Notes under the pieces: generated by a model
Told to the model about the DNA's origin: nothing
What the model saw: the letters and a program-made list of their open reading frames with translations, nothing else
Databases searched by the model: none
In this document: piece after piece, positions 35,027 to 44,772 of the stretch
Position numbering within the stretch: position 1 is the stretch's first letter
Layout: each line of letters opens with the position of its first letter
Assembly: GCA_963837945.1 (NCBI GenBank)
Contig: CAWIQD010000009.1
Coordinates: forward strand, 64,529-128,528
Direction: 5' to 3'
DNA length: 64,000 nt
Source: an uncultured Acidobacteriota bacterium
GTDB taxonomy: Bacteria; Acidobacteriota; Thermoanaerobaculia; Multivoradales; DATKCC01
Translations under genes and position numbers: made by a program

Positions 35027-36628
35027 CTACTCGCGGTACTCGCCGTAGACCGCGCGCAGGCGGTCGGAGATCTCGCCGAGGGTGGCCTCGGCGCGGACGC
35101 AGTCGAGGATCGCGGGCATCAGGTTGCGGTCCTCGCGGGCGGCGCGCTCGAGATCGCCCAGGGCGGCCTCGGCGCGGGCGGCGTCCCGGCGGGCGCGAAA
35201 GGCCCGGAGCCGCTCGACCTGGGCGGCCTCGGCCTCCGGATCGATGGTCAGGATCTCCTGGGGCACCTCGTCTTCCGCTCGGTGCACGTTCACTCCGACG
35301 ACCTTCGCCTCGCCCTCCTCGACCGCGCGCTGCCAGCGGTAGGCGGCGTCGGCGATCTCGCGCTGCTGGAAGCCCCGTTCGAGGCCGGCGAGCGCGCCGC
35401 CCATCTCGTCGATCCGCACCAGGTACTCGCGCGCCCGGCGGGCGATCTCGTCGGTCCAGGACTCGACCAGCCAGCTCCCGCCGAGCGGGTCGGCGGCGTC
35501 GGCCACGCCGCTCTCGTGGGCGATCACCTGCTGGGTGCGCAGGGCGAGAAGCGCCGTCTCTTCGGTCGGGAGCCCCAGGGCCTCGTCGAGGGCGTTGGTG
35601 TGGAGCGACTGGGTGCCGCCGCAGACCGCCGCCAGCGCCTGGATCGTCGTCCGGACCACGTTGTTCTTCGGCTGCTGGGCGGTCAAGGTCGAGCCCGCGG
35701 TCTGGGTGTGGAAGCGCAGCCAGAGCGAGCGCTCGTCGCGCGGCGCGAAACGCTCGGCCATGAGCTCGGCCCACAGGCGCCGCGCCGCCCGGAACTTCGC
35801 CACCTCCTCGAGGAAGTTGCTGTGGGCGTTGAAGAAGAAGGAGACCCGCTGGGCGAAGTCGTCGACGTCGAGGCCGCGCGCGACCGCGGCGGCGACGTAG
35901 GCGAGGCCGTTGGCGAGGGTGAAGGCCACCTCCTGGACCGCGGTCGAGCCGGCCTCGCGCATGTGGTAGCCGGAGACCGAGATCGGGTTCCAGCGCGGCA
36001 CGTGGCGGGCGCAGAACTCGATCACGTCGGTGACCAGCTTCATCGACGGCCCCGGCGGGTAGATGTAGGTGCCGCGGGCGGCGTACTCTTTGAGGATGTC
36101 GTTCTGGACCGTGCCGCCGAGCGCCTCCCAGGACACCCCCTGCTCCTCCGCGACCGCCAGGTAGAGGGCGAGGAGGATCGCCGCCGTGGCGTTGATCGTC
36201 ATCGAGGTCGTCACCCGGTCGAGGGGAATGCCGTCGAAGAGGCGGCGCATGTCGGCGATCGAGTCGATCGCCACCCCCACCCGCCCCACCTCGCCCCGGG
36301 CGAGCGGCGCGTCGGAGTCGTAGCCGATCTGGGTCGGCAGGTCGAAGGCCACCGAGAGGCCGGTCGTGCCCTGCTCCAAGAGGTAGCGGTAACGCCGGTT
36401 CGACTCCGCGGCGTCGGCGTAGCCGGCGTACTGTCGCATGGTCCAGAGCCGCGAGCGGTACATGTCCGGGTAGAGCCCGCGGGTGAAGGGGGCCTCCCCC
36501 GGGTCGCCGATCTCCCGGCGGTAGTCGATGCCGGCGGTGTCGGCCGGCCGGTAGGTCGCCTGAATCTCGAGCCCCGAGGTCGTCTCGCGCGGCGCGGCCG
36601 GCGCCCGGGGTTCGCTCTTCTTCGCCAT
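35027..36628 (-). CDS. methylmalonyl-CoA mutase, N-terminal substrate-binding subunit (split type)
   Basis: [40 protein letters not shown]. The Tyr and Arg determinants are MCM-type; there is no B12 domain. Confidence 0.93.
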   Translation of the reverse strand: MAKKSEPRAPAAPRETTSGLEIQATYRPADTAGIDYRREIGDPGEAPFTRGLYPDMYRSRLWTMRQYAGYADAAESNRRYRYLLEQGTTGLSVAFDLPTQIGYDSDAPLARGEVGRVGVAIDSIADMRRLFDGIPLDRVTTSMTINATAAILLALYLAVAEEQGVSWEALGGTVQNDILKEYAARGTYIYPPGPSMKLVTDVIEFCARHVPRWNPISVSGYHMREAGSTAVQEVAFTLANGLAYVAAAVARGLDVDDFAQRVSFFFNAHSNFLEEVAKFRAARRLWAELMAERFAPRDERSLWLRFHTQTAGSTLTAQQPKNNVVRTTIQALAAVCGGTQSLHTNALDEALGLPTEETALLALRTQQVIAHESGVADAADPLGGSWLVESWTDEIARRAREYLVRIDEMGGALAGLERGFQQREIADAAYRWQRAVEEGEAKVVGVNVHRAEDEVPQEILTIDPEAEAAQVERLRAFRARRDAARAEAALGDLERAAREDRNLMPAILDCVRAEATLGEISDRLRAVYGEYRE

Positions 36629-36657
36629 GGGGGAGGCTTCGCAGCCCGCGGAGCGTG

Positions 36658-37845
36658 CTACGCCATCAACCGGACGAGCTCGCGCTGGGGCTCGCCGCCG
36701 GTGACCTCGGCGCCCTCGGGGGTGAGGGCGACGTTGATCTCGCTCCGGATGCCGATCTCGCCGGCGAGGTAGATCCCCGGCTCGATCGAGAACCCGGTCA
36801 TCGGGATCAGGAGGCGCTCGTCGTGGGTCTCGAGGTTGTCCATGTTGGCGCCCTGGCCGTGGTCCGAGGTGTCGATCGAGTGGCCGGTGCGGTGGAAGAA
36901 GCGCTCGCCGTAGCCGGCGTCGCGGATCTCGGCGCGCGCCGCGTCGTCGACCTCGTAGCCGTGGACCGGTTGGGCCGGGAAGCGGCTCTGGACGAGCCCC
37001 AGGGCGGCGTCGCGGGCCCGGGAAACGATCTCGAACAGCTCCTGCTGGCGCTCCGTGGGCGACGGCCCACAGACGGCGGTCCAGGTGATGTCGGCGTAGA
37101 TCGAGCCCGGCGCCTTCTCCTTGGCCCAGAGGTCGATGAGCAGGAGGTTGCCGGGGCGGATCGGCGTCGATCCCTCGGGCGCCGGCTGATAGTGCGGGTC
37201 GGCGGCGTGGGCGTCGACCGCCACGATCGGCGGCGCCTCGGCGAACAGGCCGGCGGCGGCGAAGCGCTCCCAGATGAGCTGCTGCACCGCGTACTCGTCG
37301 ATCGCTTCGCCGGCCGCGAGCGCCCGGCGCACGCGGTCGAAGGCGGCGTGGACCGTGGCGTGGAGCTCGTGGTTGGCCCGCCGGTGGCTCTCGAGCTGCT
37401 CCGGGCTCCAGGTGGCGGCGAAGCGCTGGACCAGCTCCGCCGAGGAGGCGAGGCGGCAGCCGGCGGCGCGCAGGAGCTCGGCCGTACCCAGGTCGAGCCG
37501 CGAGACGGTGGGCAGGGCGCACTCCGGGCTGTACTGGACGGCCAGGTTCGGATGGCCGGAGACCAGGCGGGCGAGGCCATCGCGGTGCTCCTGCCAGGTC
37601 AGGTACTGCGCCTTCTCCCCGGGCAGGTGGTCGAGCTGGCCGGGCTCGAGCGCGTGGACCAGCTTCGCCGGCTCGCCGCTCGCCGGGATCAGGTAGTAGC
37701 AGCGCCGGGTGACCAGGTGGTTGCCGCCGAGCCCCAGGAGCTGGAGGGTGATCGGGTCGTTGAGCTGGAAGCAGGTGAAGAGCCAGGCGTCGTGCCCGCC
37801 CTCGGTGAGCGCGTCCTGGATCGCTCCGATCTGATCGCTGAGCAT
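36658..37845 (-). CDS. M24 family (Xaa-Pro) metallopeptidase
   Basis: [31 protein letters not shown]. Confidence 0.9.
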   Translation of the reverse strand: MLSDQIGAIQDALTEGGHDAWLFTCFQLNDPITLQLLGLGGNHLVTRRCYYLIPASGEPAKLVHALEPGQLDHLPGEKAQYLTWQEHRDGLARLVSGHPNLAVQYSPECALPTVSRLDLGTAELLRAAGCRLASSAELVQRFAATWSPEQLESHRRANHELHATVHAAFDRVRRALAAGEAIDEYAVQQLIWERFAAAGLFAEAPPIVAVDAHAADPHYQPAPEGSTPIRPGNLLLIDLWAKEKAPGSIYADITWTAVCGPSPTERQQELFEIVSRARDAALGLVQSRFPAQPVHGYEVDDAARAEIRDAGYGERFFHRTGHSIDTSDHGQGANMDNLETHDERLLIPMTGFSIEPGIYLAGEIGIRSEINVALTPEGAEVTGGEPQRELVRLMA

Positions 37846-37916
37846 CCGTTCCTCCGTCACGTCCGGCGGCGTCCCCCGGACCGCCCGGGATCGTATCAGG
37901 CGCGAAGCCACGCCGA

Positions 37917-37932
37917 CGGCACCGATCTTGAA
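37917..37932 (+). promoter_or_regulatory. shared sigma54-like promoter motif, copy 2
   Basis: CGGCACCGATCTTGAA; the surrounding 20-mer is identical to the one at 40699-40718. Confidence 0.55.
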
Positions 37933-38078
37933 CCTCTACCGGCCGGGGACAGACAGCGGCGCCCGCCTTCCGTGCCAGAGCGAGCGGCCCGGCCGGGACC
38001 GGTCGAGGCCGAACGCCGGACGGGGCGGCGGGCCGGAACCCTTGGAACGAACACGCACGAGGAGGTCGAATTTTCACC

Positions 38079-38648
38079 ATGAGCGACAGACTGCAAGGCA
38101 AGAGGATCGCCATCCTGGTCGCGGACGGCTTCGAGCAGGTCGAGATGACGAGCCCGCGCGAGGCCCTGGAGCAAGCCGGTGCCAAGCCCGAGCTGGTCTC
38201 GCCGTCCGACGGCAAGGTCAAGGGCTGGAACCATACCGAGTGGGGGGACGAGTTCCCGGTCGACCGCCGCCTCGCCGACGCCGAGGCCGACGACTACGAC
38301 GGCCTGGTGCTTCCGGGCGGCGTGATGAACCCGGACCACCTGCGGACCGACGAGACGGCGCGCCGCTTCGTCCGCTCCTTCTTCGAGCAGAGCAAGCCGG
38401 TGGCGGCGATCTGCCATGGCCCGTGGACCCTGATCGACGCCGGCGTCGCCCGCGGCCGCGAGATGACCTCCTACCCTTCGATCCGGACCGACCTCGAGAA
38501 CGCCGGGGTGCACTGGGTCGACCGGGAGGTGGTGGTCGACCACGGCCTGGTGACCAGCCGCAAGCCCGACGACCTGCCCGCCTTCAACGCCAAGATGGTC
38601 GAGGAGATGGCCGAGGGCAAGCACGAGCTCCAGGCGCAGAGCGTCTGA
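38079..38648 (+). CDS. pfpI: PfpI/DJ-1 family protein
   Basis: [30 protein letters not shown]. Confidence 0.92.
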   Translation: MSDRLQGKRIAILVADGFEQVEMTSPREALEQAGAKPELVSPSDGKVKGWNHTEWGDEFPVDRRLADAEADDYDGLVLPGGVMNPDHLRTDETARRFVRSFFEQSKPVAAICHGPWTLIDAGVARGREMTSYPSIRTDLENAGVHWVDREVVVDHGLVTSRKPDDLPAFNAKMVEEMAEGKHELQAQSV

Positions 38649-38719
38649 TCGATCCGGCGCTTCCGCAGCGTCGTCGCGATGATCTGGGCCGCTCCTCCGC
38701 CAGGAGCGGCCCTTTGTCG

Positions 38720-38926
38720 GTGGCGGACGATCCGATCGTTCTCGCGGTCGACCAGGAGAGGGCCGACACCTACGCCCAGGTGCGCGCCGAGCTGCGGCGG
38801 GCCGGCCGCCCGATTCCGGAGAACGACGTTTGGATCGCGGCGCTCGCCCGGCAGCACGGCCAGGAGGTGGTCAGCCGGGACGGCCACTTCGACTCCGTGG
38901 AGGGTCTCCACCGGATCTCCTGGTAG
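38720..38926 (+). pseudogene. C-terminal fragment of a PIN-domain (VapC) toxin
   Basis: YAQVRAELRRAGRPIPENDVWIAA..VVSRDGHF..ISW; the N-terminal DT motif and any antitoxin gene are absent. Confidence 0.75.
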
Positions 38927-38992
38927 CACCCGCCCGATCGGATCTCCGCCGTAGTAGTCTCGCCGGCGAACCTTTCACCTGGAGGAACCGCG

Positions 38993-39421
38993 ATGGCCGA
39001 CGAGACCATGGAACCCGCCGCCGGCGAGCGGCGCCACGCGCCGCAGTCGCTGCGCCTGCGATCGATTTCCCCCGCCCTGACCGCCGACGACCTGGAGCGG
39101 AGCCTCCGCTTCTATGTCGACGCGGTCGGGTTCACCGTCGAGGATCGCTGGGAGCAGGACGGCAAGCTCCTGGGCGTGATGCTCGTCGCCGGTGCCTGCC
39201 GCATCGGCCTGTCGCAGGACGACTGGGCCAAGGGGCGGGACCGGACGAAGGGCATCGGCTTCCGGATCTTCGCCGAGACGGCGCAGGACCTCGACGCCCT
39301 CGCCGCCCGCCTGCGCGAGCACGGGGTCGAGCCCGACGGCCCCAAGACCGAGCCCTGGGGCGACCGCACGCTCACCGTCACCGACCCCGACGGCTTCAAG
39401 CTCACCCTGACCGCCGTCTGA
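38993..39421 (+). CDS. VOC/glyoxalase family protein
   Basis: DLERSLRFY..GF..EPWGDR..TDPDGF; SD GGAGG. Confidence 0.88.
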   Translation: MADETMEPAAGERRHAPQSLRLRSISPALTADDLERSLRFYVDAVGFTVEDRWEQDGKLLGVMLVAGACRIGLSQDDWAKGRDRTKGIGFRIFAETAQDLDALAARLREHGVEPDGPKTEPWGDRTLTVTDPDGFKLTLTAV

Positions 39422-39584
39422 GTGGTCCGTCAACCTTCAATTGACGGGTCCCGACGGTCCTTCACGCCGCTGGCGGCGTTGCTCCTCCTCGACGTAGGCC
39501 CCGCTACGCCTGCGTCGGAGCGCCTGGCCAGCGACGCGAAATCCTCGCCGGATACCTCTGTCAAATGAAGATTGACGGACCACT
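39421..39584. mobile_element. fold-back MITE-like element C (164 bp)
   Basis: TIR matching at 23 of 25 positions, AGTGGTCCGTCAACCTTCAATTGAC / GTCAAATGAAGATTGACGGACCACT; shared core at 39485-39517. Confidence 0.7.
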
Positions 39585-39627
39585 GAGGGCCGCCGGCTCC
39601 GTGGTAGAACCGCTCCGGAGGTGAGCC

Positions 39628-39834
39628 ATGACCCGTTCGACGGACGCTGCCCTGAACATCCCCCAGGACGAGGCCGCCGCGATCGCCGCGGCGATCCGGA
39701 GCGAGGCGAGCCCGGTCGGGATCGATGCCGCCAAGACCCACGTGATCATCATCCAGAAGCTCCTCGAGATCGAGCGCCGGCTCGAGCGGATCGAGGACCG
39801 GATCGAGGCGCGGACCGAGAGCCGGCCGGGCTGA
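39628..39834 (+). CDS. hypothetical protein (68 aa)
   Basis: SD GGAGGT, good codon bias, coiled-coil-like C-terminus. Confidence 0.7.
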   Translation: MTRSTDAALNIPQDEAAAIAAAIRSEASPVGIDAAKTHVIIIQKLLEIERRLERIEDRIEARTESRPG

Positions 39835-39912
39835 GCTCGCCCGGGCCCGCCCCGGTTTCGCGCGCGGCCGCGCCTGGCGTAAGCTCCCCGGTACCGACCG
39901 AGGAGCGGTGCG

Positions 39913-40689
39913 ATGCCATCGAGCGAAGACGCGCAGAAGGCCGTGGCCGGGCTCTGGCAGGAGCTCCGGACGAATCGGCGTGCCTGGATCGTGCTGGGCC
40001 GCAACCTGGTGCCGGTAGTGGGCGTGCTCGCCTTCGCCTGGTCGGCCGGCCTCGCGCTGTTCGACTACTGGTTCGACGGGCTCTCCGCGGTGGCCGCGAT
40101 CATCGCCGTGATGCTGCCGCGCGCGATCCGTGAGTCCGGTCCCATCGCCCAGGCCGGCCTGGCGCGCAAGCTCGTGACCGGCGTCTTCGTCTGGGGTGTC
40201 CTGATGGTGTTCGTCGCCCTCCCCTACTGGATCGTCCTGATCCCGCTCCACCGCGTCCTGCTCGATCCCGACCTCTGGACCCTGATCCGGCAGGAGCCCT
40301 CGGTCTGGGTGGGGCTCCTCTGGGTTGCCGGCAGCAACTCGTGGACCGCCGTCCGGCGCCGCTACGCCGCCCTGCCCGACAAGGAGATGAAGCAGGCGCT
40401 GCGCTGGGACGTCTACCTGCTGATCCTGCGCGCCATGGCCATGTTCCTGCTGGCGATCCCGGCGTTCCCGCTCGGCATGCTCGTCGTGATGGCGCTGGTC
40501 ATGACCTGGCTCGAGGTCTTCCCGGCGCGGGCCCTGCGCGCGACGTTCGGCGACCCGGAACGGCTGTGGGATTATGACCCGGCCGAGGAGCGGGAGCGCC
40601 GGGTGGCGGCGCGCCCGGCGAAGGCGGCGCTCGTCGCGCCGGCCGGGGCCCCGGCCGGCGCCCGGAAGCGCCGCCGGTCGCGGCGCTGA
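39913..40689 (+). CDS. hypothetical membrane protein
   Basis: SD GAGGAG; several hydrophobic segments. Confidence 0.75.
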   Translation: MPSSEDAQKAVAGLWQELRTNRRAWIVLGRNLVPVVGVLAFAWSAGLALFDYWFDGLSAVAAIIAVMLPRAIRESGPIAQAGLARKLVTGVFVWGVLMVFVALPYWIVLIPLHRVLLDPDLWTLIRQEPSVWVGLLWVAGSNSWTAVRRRYAALPDKEMKQALRWDVYLLILRAMAMFLLAIPAFPLGMLVVMALVMTWLEVFPARALRATFGDPERLWDYDPAEERERRVAARPAKAALVAPAGAPAGARKRRRSRR

Positions 40690-40701
40690 GCGGGAGCTCG
40701 A

Positions 40702-40717
40702 CGGCACCGATCTTGAA
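40702..40717 (+). promoter_or_regulatory. shared sigma54-like promoter motif, copy 3
   Basis: CGGCACCGATCTTGAA about 30 nt upstream of the aconitase-like ATG. Confidence 0.55.
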
Positions 40718-40746
40718 CGCTCCTGCGGGCGGAGAGGAGCGCCTCG

Positions 40747-42699
40747 ATGCCGGACAACGTGACCCAGAAGCTGATCCGCTCGCACCTTGCCGTCGGCGAG
40801 ATGGAGCCGGGCTCGGAGATCGGGCTCAGGATCGACCAGACCCTGACCCAGGATGCCACCGGCACCATGGTGATGCTCGAGCTCGAGGCCATGGACGTCG
40901 ATCGCGTGGCGACCGAGGTCTCGGTCCAGTACGTCGACCACAACCTCCTCCAGACCGACTTCAAGAACGCGGACGACCACCTGTTCCTGCGCTCGGCCTG
41001 CCGGCGCTTCGGGGTCTGGTTCTCGAAGCCGGGCAACGGTGTGTCCCACCCGGTGCACATGGAGCACTTCGGCGCGCCCGGCAAGACCCTGGTCGGCTCG
41101 GACAGCCACACGCCCGCCGGCGGCGCCCTGGGGATGCTCGCCGTCGGCTCGGGCGGGATCGACGTGGCGCTGGCGATGATCGGCGAGCCGCTCTACTTGA
41201 AGATGCCGCGGGTGATGGGCGTCCGGCTGACCGGCTCGCTGCCGGACTGGGTGAGCGCCAAGGACGTGGTGCTCGAGATGCTCCGCCGCCACGACGTCGA
41301 CGGCGGCCGGGGCAAGGTGATCGAGTACCACGGCCCCGGCCTCGCGCACCTTTCGGCCTGGGATCGGCACGTGATCGCCAACATGGGGACCGAGCTCGGG
41401 GCGACCAGCACCGTGTTCCCGGCGGACGAGGAGGTGCGGCGCTTCCTGCGCGCCCACCACCGGGAGGAAGCCTTCCGCGAGCTGGTGGCCGACGAGGGCT
41501 CGGCCTACGACGAGGAGGACGAGATCGACCTCTCGGAGCTCGAGCCGCTCATCGCTTGTCCGTCGTCGCCGGGCAACGTGGTGCCGGTGCGCGAGGTGGC
41601 GGGCAAGCCGATCTACCAGGCCTACGTCGGCTCCTCGGCGAACCCCGGGCCGCGCGACTTCTGGCTTCCCGCCCAGGTGGTCCGCGGCCGGATGACCCAT
41701 CCCCGAGTCTCCTTCGACGTCACGCCGAGCTCGCGCCAGATCTTCCAGGGCCTGGCCGAGGCGGGCGTGCTCCAGGCCCTCTACGCTGCCGGCGCCCGCC
41801 TCCACCAGGCCGGCTGCGGCGGCTGCATCGGCATGGGGCAGGCGCCCGCGAGCGGAGGCATCAGCCTGCGGACGGTGCCGCGGAACTTTCCCGGACGCTC
41901 GGGCACCCCCGACGACCTCGTCTACCTGTGCAGCCCGGAGACCGCGGTCGCCTCGGCGCTGACCGGCGAGATCACCGACCCGCGGGAGCTCCCCGACCGC
42001 CTGGGGATCGCCTACCCGCGCTGGCGCGAGCCCGAGAGCGTCGCGACCAACGACCTGATGCTCGAGGAGCCGCCGGCAAACGGCGCGGACGTGGAGCTGG
42101 TCAAAGGGCCCAACATCCGGGACTTCCCGTCCTTCGAGCCACTGGTCGACCGCTTCCGGGTTCCGGTGCTCCTCAAGGTGGGCGACGACGTCTCGACCGA
42201 CGAGATCATGCCGGCCGGCGAGAACGTCCTCCCCTTCCGCTCGAACATCCCAAGAATCAGCGACTTCGTCTACTACCTGAAGCGCGAGGGCTTCGCGGAC
42301 GCGGCGCGCGCCGCGAAGGAGGCGCACGGCGGCCACGTGGTCCTGGCCGGCGAGAACTACGCCCAGGGCTCCTCGCGCGAGCACGCCGCGATCGCCCCGC
42401 GCTATCTGGGCCAGGTGGCGGTCCTCGCCAAGAGCTACGCTCGGATCGGCTGGCAGAACCTCGCGAACTTCGGGATCGTGCCGCTCGAGCTCGCGGACGG
42501 CGAGGACTACGACCGGATCGAGGAGGGCGACGAGCTCGAGGTCGAGGGGCTCAGGCAGGCCCTCCAGGGAGGCGGCGAGGTCACCGTCCACGACCGCACC
42601 CGGGGCTTCGACGTCCGGGCCACCCACACCCTTTCCGAGCGCCAGGTGAAGGTGATCCTCGAAGGCGGGATCGTCAACTACTTCAAGGCGAGGCTATGA
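40747..42699 (+). CDS. single-chain aconitate hydratase-like protein (650 aa)
   Basis: QDATG, YVDHN, GSDSHT, CGGCIG, RNFPGR, STDEI, GENYAQGSSREHA. Confidence 0.9.
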   Translation: MPDNVTQKLIRSHLAVGEMEPGSEIGLRIDQTLTQDATGTMVMLELEAMDVDRVATEVSVQYVDHNLLQTDFKNADDHLFLRSACRRFGVWFSKPGNGVSHPVHMEHFGAPGKTLVGSDSHTPAGGALGMLAVGSGGIDVALAMIGEPLYLKMPRVMGVRLTGSLPDWVSAKDVVLEMLRRHDVDGGRGKVIEYHGPGLAHLSAWDRHVIANMGTELGATSTVFPADEEVRRFLRAHHREEAFRELVADEGSAYDEEDEIDLSELEPLIACPSSPGNVVPVREVAGKPIYQAYVGSSANPGPRDFWLPAQVVRGRMTHPRVSFDVTPSSRQIFQGLAEAGVLQALYAAGARLHQAGCGGCIGMGQAPASGGISLRTVPRNFPGRSGTPDDLVYLCSPETAVASALTGEITDPRELPDRLGIAYPRWREPESVATNDLMLEEPPANGADVELVKGPNIRDFPSFEPLVDRFRVPVLLKVGDDVSTDEIMPAGENVLPFRSNIPRISDFVYYLKREGFADAARAAKEAHGGHVVLAGENYAQGSSREHAAIAPRYLGQVAVLAKSYARIGWQNLANFGIVPLELADGEDYDRIEEGDELEVEGLRQALQGGGEVTVHDRTRGFDVRATHTLSERQVKVILEGGIVNYFKARL

Positions 42700-42748
42700 G
42701 CCCTGTCACGCATGGATGCTCCGTGGGCCGAGGCACACACTGCCAGAA

Positions 42749-42781
42749 GACCTGGGGCCGGTGAGACACCGGCCCCAGGTC
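42749..42781. terminator. perfect 15-bp-stem hairpin between convergent genes
   Basis: GACCTGGGGCCGGTG-AGA-CACCGGCCCCAGGTC; no U-tract. Confidence 0.55.
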
Positions 42782-42824
42782 GATCGTCACCTGCCTGTGC
42801 TTGCGCGCGTCGGACCCGCGGTCA

Positions 42825-43928
42825 CTAGACGCAGTGGGGCTCGCCTTCCTCGCCGACACCGCAGCAGCACTGCGGCACGACCACCACGGAGTCCCGCAAG
42901 CTCAGCCGGCCGGCCGGCGACACGGTCGCCCGACCGAAGACCACCGTCCGGTGCCTTCGGGCGTCGGCGTACTGGAGCGCCACGTGATCCGTGAGCGCGC
43001 TGCGGACCGCGGAGTTCCCCTGTGGGTCCGAGGAGTCCAGGATCAGCATCCGGTCGACCCCGCCGGCCTTCGCCACCTCCGCCCGGAACCAGAACTCCTG
43101 GGCGCCGGAACGGTCCCGCCAGTCGACGGGTAGATCGAGAGGCGCCAAGTGAGGCGTGGGCATGAAGCGCTGGTTGTGAGGATGCTCCCCCGCCTCCACG
43201 ACCAGGACCGTGGTGCTGGTCCCATGCGGCTGGTAATAGCGGTCCAGAGAGCCTTCCACGTGGGCGACGAAGGCGTCGGACGAGGCGAACTCGACCCGCG
43301 GCTCGCCGGTATCGGAAGAGATCACGGCCCACTCCGGGGACAGGTACCGTCCATCGGATCGCTCGAACGTCCTCGAGAGCCCGAGGCCCGCCGCCTCGGC
43401 GGCCTCGGGCGCGAGCGTCGCGCCGCCGCCGGTCATGATGGTAGTCGTCGTTGCGCCCGGCACGACCGCGCAACCGCCACCGCCGCCACCACCGCCGCCA
43501 CCGCCGCCGCCACCCGACGGTTGACAGTAGGCTCCGACCAAGCTCGAGAGGTCCGAGTCCAGCCACTCCTTGATGCCGACGAAAGTGGTCCCGAATTTAC
43601 TGGTGCTGTTCCAGGTACCGGAGCAGGTGGAGAAGGTACGACTGTACGACAGCCAGGCGCCGAGGTCCGGACTGCCTTCGACCTTGTCGTTGCTCGCGAC
43701 CTGCTGGCCGTTGTCGAGGGTCGTGGACCGGAGGATCATCGTCCTCGAGTTGATGCAGTCCGACTTGGTGATCTGGCCGAAGTGATCGCTTCTGATGAGT
43801 CCGTCGCTGGCTAAGATGCCGGCAGCTGCCCTGCCAGCGAAGCACTGTGCGTCCGCGCCACCCGCCCCTGCGAGGCCCGCGACGACGGTCCAGGCGAAGA
43901 TGCCGAGGGTCCAGCACGCCCCCCTCAT
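42825..43928 (-). CDS. secreted hypothetical protein: Cys-containing N-domain, Gly14 linker, C-domain ending QCCC..HCV
   Basis: Signal peptide ending ADA-Q; SD GGAGG; ATGA overlap with the upstream gene. Confidence 0.75.
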   Translation of the reverse strand: MRGACWTLGIFAWTVVAGLAGAGGADAQCFAGRAAAGILASDGLIRSDHFGQITKSDCINSRTMILRSTTLDNGQQVASNDKVEGSPDLGAWLSYSRTFSTCSGTWNSTSKFGTTFVGIKEWLDSDLSSLVGAYCQPSGGGGGGGGGGGGGGCAVVPGATTTTIMTGGGATLAPEAAEAAGLGLSRTFERSDGRYLSPEWAVISSDTGEPRVEFASSDAFVAHVEGSLDRYYQPHGTSTTVLVVEAGEHPHNQRFMPTPHLAPLDLPVDWRDRSGAQEFWFRAEVAKAGGVDRMLILDSSDPQGNSAVRSALTDHVALQYADARRHRTVVFGRATVSPAGRLSLRDSVVVVPQCCCGVGEEGEPHCV

Positions 43929-44560
43929 CGGCCACCTCCCCGCGACCCACGCTGGAGCACCGCCTGCAGCGGCACGCCGTATTCCTGTCGGAAGCTCTCC
44001 TCGAACGCCGCGGACTCCTTGTCGAGCTGCTCCATCGTGGGCGGACCCGTCTCCCAGAAGGCCGAGACACTGTAGCTGTCGGCGATCCGGGCGAGGAAGT
44101 GGTCCGTGTCCTGGCCCTCGTCGCTCAAGTGGGCCAGCCAGGCGCCGAGCACTCCACCTGTAAAGGCGGCCCGCTCGATCAGGAACGCGTCCCCCGCCTC
44201 GTCGATCTTCTTCGGCTGTCCCGCGAGCTCGTGCAGCATCTTCCTGCCCCGTGCTCCCTGGTCCTCGTCGAAGTCGCCGTAGAGAGAGGTCAGGACTTCC
44301 AGATCCTCATCGGTCGCGGTAAGCCCGAGGCCCCTCAGGAACTGCTTCAAGAAGTCGGGTTCGTCGCGGGCCTGCTTGTCGATCTGGCTGACAAACGTGG
44401 AAAGCCGCATGCCGACCGGGAGGTCCTTATCGGACAAGGTCTTCACCACGGTCTGTGCCAACTCTGCCTCCGGTGGCCGCTGCGCCGAGAGCGGCCCGGC
44501 GACCAGCCAGCCCGCGCCACCCAGGGCGACGAGTACTACAGACAATCCGTGCCTCTTCAA
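43925..44560 (-). CDS. secreted hypothetical protein (probable TTG start at 44560)
   Basis: Signal-peptide-like start MKRHGLSVVLVALGG..LSA; purine-rich SD; coupled to the downstream gene. Confidence 0.7.
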   Translation of the reverse strand: MKRHGLSVVLVALGGAGWLVAGPLSAQRPPEAELAQTVVKTLSDKDLPVGMRLSTFVSQIDKQARDEPDFLKQFLRGLGLTATDEDLEVLTSLYGDFDEDQGARGRKMLHELAGQPKKIDEAGDAFLIERAAFTGGVLGAWLAHLSDEGQDTDHFLARIADSYSVSAFWETGPPTMEQLDKESAAFEESFRQEYGVPLQAVLQRGSRGGGR

Positions 44561-44700
44561 GATCCTTTCCCCTTTCTCGATCCGTTGACGGAGCCGCGAC
44601 GGCATGCACAGGACGACTCAGGACAGGCGCGCCGCCGCACTGCCCGGCGACCGGTGCCGCGAGGCCAGGCAGAAGCCCTACACAATCCTTGTATATCCGT

Positions 44701-44729
44701 ATACTAGACGATTCGACATGATCTGTCAA
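44701..44729 (-). promoter_or_regulatory. near-consensus sigma70 promoter
   Basis: The minus strand reads TTGACA-N17-TAGTAT. Confidence 0.7.
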
Positions 44730-44772
44730 CACGACCGGATGTCGTCTCGACGCATCGTCGGTTCCGGGCGCC

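Noticed and set aside
35027-38221. 1064-aa ORF suggesting a large mutase fusion
   Set aside because: The N-terminal half is an alternative frame of the M24 peptidase gene; the mutase starts at 36628.
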